A model generated the notes under the pieces. That model made no database searches and was not told where the DNA came from. It was given only the letters and a program-made list of their open reading frames with translations. Of a stretch of DNA of 27,502 nt, positions 16,784 to 24,864 are shown in pieces. Position 1 is the stretch's first letter; each line of letters opens with the position of its first letter. The translations under genes and the position numbers were made by a program. Source of the DNA: an uncultured virus (IMG/VR IMGVR_UViG_3300034629_000093) (Duplodnaviria; Heunggongvirae; Uroviricota; Caudoviricetes); IMG/VR virus record IMGVR_UViG_3300034629_000093; one strand, written 5' to 3'.

Positions 16784-18946
16784 CTACGGGCGCAGAACCC
16801 CATCAAGCGCATTCGCATCGCCATTCATAAACTGCACCATAGCATTCATCATCGCCGCCGTCGCCTTATCCTGATCACTCTCCGCCTTCTGCTGTAAACG
16901 GAACGCATTCTGTTCCAGCTCCTTCAGCTTCAAGCCATACTCACGATCCTTCTCCTCCTGCAGCAATTGCAGATTAGCCCGCTCATTCTGCTGAGCCGCC
17001 TGCATCATCTGTTCATCAATAGCCTGCATTTGATCGATCCACTCACGGAACATACCGCCATACACCGTTTGGTCCATCATGCGGAGCATAACCACGCCCT
17101 TCGGCGATTGCGTATAAGGGAACAACGAAGCCATAGTTTCCTGAATCCAGAAACGCTGTTCCGTAGGGTTCACCGGTATGATCGAAGTCGTAGAAATTTG
17201 GGTATCAAACTGTAGGTTCTTCAAACCATTTTTCACAGCATAGGTATACAAACTGCGTTCCCGTGTAATCGGGTCCATTTGCTCATACTGCCCCAAAGGC
17301 TCATTAAAAGCAACTTGGCTATACTCCTTAGTAATAGGATCCTGCACAGTAACCTGAAACGGTTTATCCCCTATAAACGAAACCAAGTTACTATAAAACT
17401 TCTCGCCCAGCCATTTAACAGCAGCCTCCAGGTTACCCACAATAGGGCTCATCGTAGTCTCGTTGCCGTAATTCTGCAAAGCCTCTTGGCGTCCGCTATA
17501 CGCTTGGCGGTTACTCACCATTTCGCCCTGTCGGTCAACATGGTAGATCATATCCTGTTCCAGATTGTCATACATACTAGGGAACTGCCCAACCGGAGCC
17601 TCATAGATCAAGTTCGCCATCGGTAAATTCTTTAAGTTACTCGGCAAAGCCTTCGGGTCAATTTCAATAACCGTGCCCTCCTTCTTTGTTTCCCTAACCT
17701 GATCCTCCGTAAGCACCCCTTTATAAGTAAACTTCGTATTCTTAAACGTACTCTTGAAATACTTAAACTTGCCATTAAACGCCAAGTTAAACGCCCACTC
17801 CGGGCTATGCATATCCTTAAAAGCACCGATTCCATACGCATGCAATTTACTCGGTCGTCGGAACCACATTGTAAGCGGGCACATACCATGGTCATACTCA
17901 TCAATAGCAGCCTCCACAATACCGACATGTTCCAGCCTAACCACATGCACCCAAGCGCGGCGTTCAATAACCTGTTCACGCTCAGCCATCACGCCGCCAC
18001 CAACATCCACTTGGTATCGTTCCACATAACGGACAGGCATCGGTATCCAAGTATGTTTAATCGTCGTCATGTTATGATCATTTCTGATCTGATTCAAAGT
18101 AGGGTTACTCCGTAACTGTGTATCCGATATGCCCGGTTTAATTTTATCCTTAAACTTAGGATATCTCATCATAGCATCCGTAACACTAATACTCTTCATC
18201 CATGTGATAATAGTATGGCTGTCATGCTCAAAATCCATACTCTCCTCGCCCCGCGCTCGGCGGTCGCGGATCAATTCAAACGTCGGGATATACTCTATCT
18301 TTTGGCGGATCAACGTATGATCAAACCGTTCATACTCCTCCCAGGTAAGCGGTTGGTTTTGGCGGGCACGGTCACGCAAAAAACGGTGGTTTCTAACCTT
18401 AGGAGAACGCTCCTTACCAACAAACAAAATACCCGAACCAAAATCATGGCCGTCACTAATAAAATTCTTACGGTTGATCTCATAATTAAGATCATTCAAA
18501 ATACTATTCCGGCTCACGTTAAGCGCTTTAACCGTTTCAGCATCCTGTTCCGGATTCCGGGCAACCGCCTCAAAATTCAACGGCACTTTAAACAAATATC
18601 CCTTACTCTTTTCGGCGTTATTACGCGCCAAACCGATATACGCACGGCTGTCAGAACGCTTCACCTTCGTATCCGAATAATAATTTCTCCCGCTATCCGC
18701 AGTATTATAACCATCATTCTCGCGCATACTAATAGCCTCCAATGCCCGATCCTTATACATCCACAAGCTCTCCATCACGGCAAGGTTCTGGTTATCCTCC
18801 TCCATTAAAAACTGCTCAATCGTTTCAGCAGTAGCCTGCACGGTATTCTCATAATCCGGAACCATATAACGCACATCAATCCCACTCATGTCATACAACA
18901 TCCGCACCCAAAACCGAAGATCATTATGCACAAAACCCTTACTCAT
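16784..18946 (-). CDS. Portal protein, P22/N4-like, with C-terminal Gln-rich barrel helix (720 aa)
   Basis: Size, DGHDFGSGILFV, YDHGMCPLTMW, AYGIGAFKDMHSPEWAFN, YSGRQEAL and C-terminal coiled coil fit P22-type portals; location upstream of scaffold and capsid. Confidence 0.85.
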   Translation of the reverse strand: MSKGFVHNDLRFWVRMLYDMSGIDVRYMVPDYENTVQATAETIEQFLMEEDNQNLAVMESLWMYKDRALEAISMRENDGYNTADSGRNYYSDTKVKRSDSRAYIGLARNNAEKSKGYLFKVPLNFEAVARNPEQDAETVKALNVSRNSILNDLNYEINRKNFISDGHDFGSGILFVGKERSPKVRNHRFLRDRARQNQPLTWEEYERFDHTLIRQKIEYIPTFELIRDRRARGEESMDFEHDSHTIITWMKSISVTDAMMRYPKFKDKIKPGISDTQLRSNPTLNQIRNDHNMTTIKHTWIPMPVRYVERYQVDVGGGVMAEREQVIERRAWVHVVRLEHVGIVEAAIDEYDHGMCPLTMWFRRPSKLHAYGIGAFKDMHSPEWAFNLAFNGKFKYFKSTFKNTKFTYKGVLTEDQVRETKKEGTVIEIDPKALPSNLKNLPMANLIYEAPVGQFPSMYDNLEQDMIYHVDRQGEMVSNRQAYSGRQEALQNYGNETTMSPIVGNLEAAVKWLGEKFYSNLVSFIGDKPFQVTVQDPITKEYSQVAFNEPLGQYEQMDPITRERSLYTYAVKNGLKNLQFDTQISTTSIIPVNPTEQRFWIQETMASLFPYTQSPKGVVMLRMMDQTVYGGMFREWIDQMQAIDEQMMQAAQQNERANLQLLQEEKDREYGLKLKELEQNAFRLQQKAESDQDKATAAMMNAMVQFMNGDANALDGVLRP

Positions 18947-18948
18947 AA

Positions 18949-19734
18949 TTATGATATAATGTGTTCTATTGTTATTCCGTTATCTGAAAAATGGGTGATT
19001 AGATTCTCGCCTTCTTTCCATTCGGTCCCAGTAAGCGCTTCTCGAATTTTATCATCCACTTCTTTGCGTTCCTTCACCAAAGCCGCCCATTCCCTTTGTA
19101 AAGGGGAATTGGGCTCCGCCATTTTTTCTATAAAACCCTTACTTTCTCCGTAAATAATTTTCCTTAACTCTTCCTCTCTTTCAATGGCCTTTTTTTCAGC
19201 ATCTCTCACAACTAACCTACTCATAAACGAACCAATTTCCGGGTCTGGGGTTGTTAGCCTAAGATCACTAAACAAAGCCCATTCCTTTTCAGTAATATTT
19301 GCACTCTCTTCTATAAATATCTCGGCACCCTTCCCCTCCACAGGAGGGGACAAAGGGGAGGGTCCTCCTAAACTCATAACTCCTACATTCTCACCTTCTG
19401 CCTTCTCAACTCCTGAACTCCTACCTTCTACATTCTGTCCTTCATAAAACTCCTCACTCTCCTTCCACTCAGTAATATGTGGGTACCAAATCCCTGGGAA
19501 ATCACAATTATAGTATGGAAATACATTCAAATCGGAATCGTATTTATTACAAAACCACCCCATAAAACCGTTATAAGCAAAGATAACACGATCCTTTGGT
19601 ATATCTGATAATTCAGTATTCAACCTCAGTCGGTTCTCGGCCCTACCTTCTGAACTTCTAAACTCCTGAACTCCTGAATCCTCAGAACTAAAGATCCACC
19701 CAAAAAAATTCGCTATGTGCCTAAAAATCTTCAC
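18949..19734 (-). CDS. Hypothetical protein (261 aa) with two in-frame repeat insertions
   Basis: ORF abuts the portal start; contains SGVQEFRSSEG and ENVGVMSLGGPSPLSPPVEGKG repeat peptides. Confidence 0.7.
   Translation of the reverse strand: MKIFRHIANFFGWIFSSEDSGVQEFRSSEGRAENRLRLNTELSDIPKDRVIFAYNGFMGWFCNKYDSDLNVFPYYNCDFPGIWYPHITEWKESEEFYEGQNVEGRSSGVEKAEGENVGVMSLGGPSPLSPPVEGKGAEIFIEESANITEKEWALFSDLRLTTPDPEIGSFMSRLVVRDAEKKAIEREEELRKIIYGESKGFIEKMAEPNSPLQREWAALVKERKEVDDKIREALTGTEWKEGENLITHFSDNGITIEHIIS
19329..19436 (+). repeat. Type A hairpin plus 7/15-mer tail, in frame within the 18949-19734 gene
   Basis: CCTTCCCCTCCACAGGAGGGGACAAAGGGGAGGG followed by AACTCCTACATTCTC-type units. Confidence 0.9.
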
Positions 19735-19925
19735 TAATTCTACATTCTTAATTGAAACATTCTTAATTCTTAAATACTCAATACTACCATCTAACTACTA
19801 ACTACTACCTTCTAACTACTACCTTCTAACTACTACCTTCTAACTACTACCTTCTAACTACTAACTACTAACTACTAACTACTACATTCTAACTTCTAAC
19901 CTTCTACCTCCTCAACTCCTACCTT
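19735..19925 (+). repeat. Intergenic 7-mer array running into the 3' end of the adaptor gene
   Basis: (CTAACTA CTACCTT) 14-mer tandem copies then (CTAACTA)n; last codons EKVGVEEVEG-stop are repeat-like. Confidence 0.95.
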
Positions 19926-20576
19926 CTCACTACTATAAAGCTCCGCAATCAACCCACTAATCTGGCTCTTACCCGTATTCCCGGTCAGCACAGCCTCAAC
20001 ATGCATCATAGCCAAAGCCACCACTTCCTCCTCAAAAGGAGAGGGGAGAGGGAAATCCAAAGTCGAATACAGATCCGCACCCGCGCCCGTAGCCACCGGC
20101 TTCGTAGGCAAAGGGATATAATTCAGCTCCAGTTTAGAAGCGCCATGCAATAAAAAATTCTTAATCGAAAAATCCGTAGCCACCAACCGGTTACCATACT
20201 GATTCTTCTTAGCAATCATTCTAAAAAACGAACTCACGCTACTAAGTTCACGATCCGTAACAATAGTCTCATCATCCAGCAACAGATAAACAATACCCAT
20301 ATCCGGGCGAGAGCGGAACAAGTCAGCCGGCAACGCCGCTGAATAATGGGTGATATCAGAACCCGTTGCACCCGTAGGTTTAGCAACGAGAGTAAGAGAG
20401 CTCGTCTTATAAATAGAATCCAAAACCGAAGCCTTAGCATCCCGCGCAACCTTAATAGTAGCAGCGTAAATAAACTGAAGTTGCTCCGCCAGCTTCGTAG
20501 ACGAACCCGCATCCGGCCAAGATCGCTGTTCGCGAATGCGCTCAAATAAAAGGGTATGTATATCAGAATATTTCAT
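19896..20576 (-). CDS. Putative head-tail adaptor/ring protein (226 aa)
   Basis: N-terminal helices, YSAALPADL, LELNYIPLPTKP and DFPLPSPFEEEVVALA resemble podovirus adaptor/ring proteins. Confidence 0.6.
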   Translation of the reverse strand: MKYSDIHTLLFERIREQRSWPDAGSSTKLAEQLQFIYAATIKVARDAKASVLDSIYKTSSLTLVAKPTGATGSDITHYSAALPADLFRSRPDMGIVYLLLDDETIVTDRELSSVSSFFRMIAKKNQYGNRLVATDFSIKNFLLHGASKLELNYIPLPTKPVATGAGADLYSTLDFPLPSPFEEEVVALAMMHVEAVLTGNTGKSQISGLIAELYSSEKVGVEEVEG

Positions 20577-23464
20577 AAAGACCGTACAAACCCCTGAATT
20601 CTAATTTCAGCACCCGTATTATTAGTAACTTTAATTTTAGCATATTGCCCGTGGATAGCTACTCTTCCAATACAATTTCCTGCGGTTACTGTTAATTGAT
20701 CCGTTACATCCTGTGCTTGCTCTGCTCCTAGTTTTAAAGGATAAATAACAGATACAGAAATTCCTGAGCCGGTATCTAAATCACCAAATGAATTGTTTCT
20801 CTGGAAACGGATATCTAGAAATAATCCTTGGCACTTTATATAATAAGTCTCATAATTTGCAGTAGCTGCTATTGATGTATACCTCTCAAATACATGTAGA
20901 TCTAAACCTTTTAACCTTTCCGCTACTTCAAGGAAGTTTGGCGGTACAAATTCAGCTATATAGTTATAACCAATTGTATTAGAGTCTGAGGGTTGTACAC
21001 ACCCTTGTATTAATAATCTTCCGGTATGTGTTTTAATAAAGTGAGGTTGTACTGGATAAAGCAGGCTATTAAACTCCGTTTCACTCCAGTTTAAACCATC
21101 AATCGAATAAGCAAAAAAGCCAGAGCTATCCGAAGCGCTGTCTTGGGCATTTCTGCCAACAATACAAAAATACCCGCCTATATCTTGAACGTAATGCCCG
21201 CCAGCAACATGTATGTTTGCTGAATGTACAGTATAACCAGTATCAAACCAAGGATGTTCTCCGGTAATTATCTGAGCGTCCTTACTTTCAGGCTCTGGTC
21301 TGCAAATCATAAAGTGTTGAGCACTATCGTCCGCTTGATTATGTTTCCAGTAGTAAGCAGATTCGTTACAAACAAGATCAGGGAATGTATTACCGACAGC
21401 CCAATTCTCCCCGTTATCCTGTGAATAAAGTATTGCAGGATGATTGTCCGAATCTCCTGTATCTCCACCCCAATAAGTCATAATCAAATTATCCTTACCT
21501 CTGCGGTATATAAACATCCCAACATTACGTTCTGTAAATGGTTTTGGTATTGCGCTCGAAGTATTATAATTAGATATATCCATTGGGTCTTTTTGACCAT
21601 CACAGTATCTAACTGTAACATTTGAAGTTGAATAATCCGCATTTTGAATGCTGTACATCATGAAGTATCTGTCAGAAGCAAAATCATAGCTAAAGAAAAT
21701 CGCCCTGTAATCGTAATCAACGGCAGCGTCCACCATTAAAACAGGCACGCCCCACGATCTGCCAAAGTCTTCTGATTTAACCATGTACAACTGAGCACCT
21801 GAAGCTGTTCCATGTGTGTCTCCACTCCTATAAAGCAGATATATGTTACCATCAGGGCCCATTTCTGCGCAACTAAAACCAATCATAGATTTATTTCCGC
21901 TGTAATCATAGAACCCACCAGTCTTCGATATATTTACAATCTTACCTAAACCTCCGGGAGCCGGGTTTGCACCTTCAAACTTCTTGTCAAGCGTCACCGC
22001 TTGTGAACGCTCTGGATCTTGCTTTCCTGCTCTAAACCCAAACTCAGGACGTAGATCTCCATACATTGCAAATAGTTTAGATGCACCAGTATTATTTGTA
22101 ATATTAACCTGAAAATAGCCATGTTCTAAATCTACATCCGCTTTTATCACTCTACCATTTAGAGAAAATAAATGTGTTATATCAACGGTGTCTTCAAGTG
22201 AAGTTGTATAACCATATTTTAATTCAATTTTAATATTTTCTAATCCCGAAGGGGTACTATTTCCTTGTAAGAACAACCTAATACTAGGTCTGTCTGTGCG
22301 GATAGACCTAGATTCAAAGGTTTCAGTGTCCGCTATTGTAGTATTTCTTGGTGCAATTTCAATTTGTGGTGATATATCATTCTTTACCTCTTCTTTGTCT
22401 GGTAGAATAATTTCTTGCAAGCCAATTTGATCACCAAATGAAGATTTTTGTGACCAAATATTATAAGCACAAAAAACAGCTCCCGATTTACTAACTGATA
22501 GTTTCCGAAAACTATCAATAGCGCCACCAATAGTTTCTGCCGGGGTGAAATCGTACCCATTTATGGTTTGAAAAACATATTCGTTCCAACCAAGCGAGGA
22601 TCGGTCTTGTGTAAAAAAAGTTTTAACCCCACCGTGGTCCACATAATCGCAAGAGTTCTTGAGAACAAACGGTAAATTGTAAGCGATCCAATCTGTTTGG
22701 TTTACGCTTGCATGCAATACCCCCTTTGCGTCACTTGTATCAGATTCAACCATTACAAAAATGGTTGAACGAGCGGTGTCTATTCGGGCATTGTCATGGC
22801 AAGCATATACATTACGTGCCTTTCCAGTCCCAGAAAGCTCTACGTGAATTGTCCAGCTATCACCGGCATCTTGGGATCTTAAATATCCAGGGGTGTTATC
22901 ACCACCTGTGCTTTCGTAACCATATACAGGAATAAACAGATACCTGCTCACTTTCTTAATCCCCCCGCCTGTAACATTTTTTAATGTATAAGGTTGTGTA
23001 ACTGTTGAAAGGTTTGGGCTTGTTTCAAACATATCCGCGCTTTTAGCTATAACGATGTCTGAATCTTCAGAATCAATATCACTAACCTTTGTACAAGATA
23101 GAATAAAATTTTGAGCTTCATAGTTATAGTACAAATATGGGTCCTTATATGCATAGTCAACTTCTTCAAATACAACTACTGGGTCGCTCCATGTTTTTCC
23201 ATAGTCATAAGAGTGCATAGCGTAAACCTTAGCGCTTGTATAAGAAGAATCACTAGCAGCAGAAAACACATACAGCAAAACATCCCCCGGTCCAAAAGCA
23301 ATATCGCCTCTGCCTATATAGTCTGAATTTGTCATGCTCAATGCTGCTGCTATTCCAGCTGATTCTGATACATTTTGTACACCCGTTGTTCTAAGTGCCG
23401 AACCTCTTTTTGGTTGTTGCGATTCAAAATTATCTACTCTTCTGCCTTTTCCTTGAATAGTCAT
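20573..23464 (-). CDS. BNR/Asp-box (sialidase-like) tailspike or receptor-binding protein, internally duplicated (963 aa)
   Basis: Asp-boxes SYDYGKTW, SQDAGDSW, SEDFGRSW, SQDNGENW, SIDGLNW; two halves each ending in a (I/V)TNNTGA beta module. Confidence 0.75.
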   Translation of the reverse strand: MTIQGKGRRVDNFESQQPKRGSALRTTGVQNVSESAGIAAALSMTNSDYIGRGDIAFGPGDVLLYVFSAASDSSYTSAKVYAMHSYDYGKTWSDPVVVFEEVDYAYKDPYLYYNYEAQNFILSCTKVSDIDSEDSDIVIAKSADMFETSPNLSTVTQPYTLKNVTGGGIKKVSRYLFIPVYGYESTGGDNTPGYLRSQDAGDSWTIHVELSGTGKARNVYACHDNARIDTARSTIFVMVESDTSDAKGVLHASVNQTDWIAYNLPFVLKNSCDYVDHGGVKTFFTQDRSSLGWNEYVFQTINGYDFTPAETIGGAIDSFRKLSVSKSGAVFCAYNIWSQKSSFGDQIGLQEIILPDKEEVKNDISPQIEIAPRNTTIADTETFESRSIRTDRPSIRLFLQGNSTPSGLENIKIELKYGYTTSLEDTVDITHLFSLNGRVIKADVDLEHGYFQVNITNNTGASKLFAMYGDLRPEFGFRAGKQDPERSQAVTLDKKFEGANPAPGGLGKIVNISKTGGFYDYSGNKSMIGFSCAEMGPDGNIYLLYRSGDTHGTASGAQLYMVKSEDFGRSWGVPVLMVDAAVDYDYRAIFFSYDFASDRYFMMYSIQNADYSTSNVTVRYCDGQKDPMDISNYNTSSAIPKPFTERNVGMFIYRRGKDNLIMTYWGGDTGDSDNHPAILYSQDNGENWAVGNTFPDLVCNESAYYWKHNQADDSAQHFMICRPEPESKDAQIITGEHPWFDTGYTVHSANIHVAGGHYVQDIGGYFCIVGRNAQDSASDSSGFFAYSIDGLNWSETEFNSLLYPVQPHFIKTHTGRLLIQGCVQPSDSNTIGYNYIAEFVPPNFLEVAERLKGLDLHVFERYTSIAATANYETYYIKCQGLFLDIRFQRNNSFGDLDTGSGISVSVIYPLKLGAEQAQDVTDQLTVTAGNCIGRVAIHGQYAKIKVTNNTGAEIRIQGFVRSL

Positions 23465-23466
23465 GA

Positions 23467-24240
23467 TTAAAATCCTGTTAGTGTTACATTAATAGCTTCA
23501 ACATCACCAAACGCATCTCTTGTTATAGTTACTGTGGCATATTTAGATGAGTTTGTATATGTGATCCGAGCTGAAGTCCAGCCATAAAATCCGGCAGTAA
23601 CATTACTTATTACTCCGGTAACTCCATTAGGCCATTCAATATCAGCGGAAGTAACGTTTCCATACTGATCTTTAACTAAATTATCCGTGATAAAATAACC
23701 TTCAGTTTTTGCCCACAGTTTTACATTATCCTGAAGATCTACAGCATCTGCTTTTTTAATCCACGAAGAGCCATTCCAAGCATAATCTCCATTATTACTC
23801 GCTGTTGAATCATTATCAACTCTGGCCAACTCCCGGTTGTCACCCCCATCTCCGGGCGTAAAGGCATCCATCAAAGCTTTGGTTTGGAATGGTTTGATCC
23901 CAAGAGAAGCCGCAGCAATTGAAGCCTCTAATTCATCTTCCTTGGCAATAGCTCTGTTTTTTTCTATTAAAACCTCATCATCAACATAAGTCTTATTAGG
24001 GAACGGGTCTCCTAGGTTATCCCAAACTTCAGTTTCATCGTTCCAAACTAACCGCTGGATAAGATCATCACTTGTAGTTTTTTGCCCATACGGCACACCG
24101 GTTCCTTCCACATAATCAATAGGATCAGTATCTACAACGTTACTTACATACGCAGGATTAATACCTTCGCCCTTAACAGCATCTTTGGCAGCTTTCTCAG
24201 CTCTCGCGCGGTTTGCAATTATATTACTATCTAAAGCCAT
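23467..24240 (-). CDS. Putative tail fibre/spike adaptor protein (257 aa)
   Basis: FQTKALMDA...ARVDNDSTASNNGDYAWNGSSWIK resembles linker modules of phage tailspikes; translationally coupled to neighbours. Confidence 0.6.
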   Translation of the reverse strand: MALDSNIIANRARAEKAAKDAVKGEGINPAYVSNVVDTDPIDYVEGTGVPYGQKTTSDDLIQRLVWNDETEVWDNLGDPFPNKTYVDDEVLIEKNRAIAKEDELEASIAAASLGIKPFQTKALMDAFTPGDGGDNRELARVDNDSTASNNGDYAWNGSSWIKKADAVDLQDNVKLWAKTEGYFITDNLVKDQYGNVTSADIEWPNGVTGVISNVTAGFYGWTSARITYTNSSKYATVTITRDAFGDVEAINVTLTGF

Positions 24241-24680
24241 TATCTCGTTACATCAAAGTTAAGTTTGATAGACCCTGAACCAAACGTGGTTACATCCAAA
24301 CCTTCAATTCCTTGTACATCCAGTAATAATTTCTTCACCTTCACATCAACCAAAAGCGCACTTTGGAAATGACAATGCAATTCATCAAAAATAGAACCCG
24401 CCGGTAAACTTTCAGCAACCTCATAATCAAGAGCCTCTTGGCTTTGCCCCAAAATAAAATCCCCGGCATCCAATTCAGCAAGTATATTCTTATTCAAAGC
24501 ACTGCCAATACGCAACTGGCACTTAAAACTATCAAACACTCCCAGGTTAAAAGGCGTCTCACCATCATTCTCATACGCCAAAAAAGAAAAGCTATGCTTA
24601 TCACCGCGGGTAAACTCCTCCCTAATGTCAACAGGCCGGGCACCCGGTTTAAAAGTATATGAATAGATAGACGAGCTCAT
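24240..24680 (-). CDS. Small Ig-like tail protein (BppU N-terminal-like), 146 aa
   Basis: TRGDKHSFSF...PFNL...CQLR...LLDVQ...GSIKL..DVTR pattern typical of fibre-attachment Ig-like domains. Confidence 0.55.
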   Translation of the reverse strand: MSSSIYSYTFKPGARPVDIREEFTRGDKHSFSFLAYENDGETPFNLGVFDSFKCQLRIGSALNKNILAELDAGDFILGQSQEALDYEVAESLPAGSIFDELHCHFQSALLVDVKVKKLLLDVQGIEGLDVTTFGSGSIKLNFDVTR

Positions 24681-24737
24681 AAAAGAATATTGCTAAATAA
24701 AAATTATTATGCAATATGTAATTTAATTAACAAACAA

Positions 24738-24864
24738 ACTCCTGAATTCTGAATCCTTCCCCTTCGGAGGGGGTGCCCAACGGGCGGGGGAGGCCTACTA
24801 ACTACTAACTACTAAATACTAAATACTAAATACTACCTTCTACATTCTCAACTCCTACCTTCTA
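24738..24864 (+). repeat. Type B hairpin (24755-24793) plus 7-mer array downstream of terL
   Basis: CCTTCCCCTTCGGAGGGGGTGCCCAACGGGCGGGGGAGG then CTAACTA, CTAAATA, CTACCTT, CTACATT units. Confidence 0.92.
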
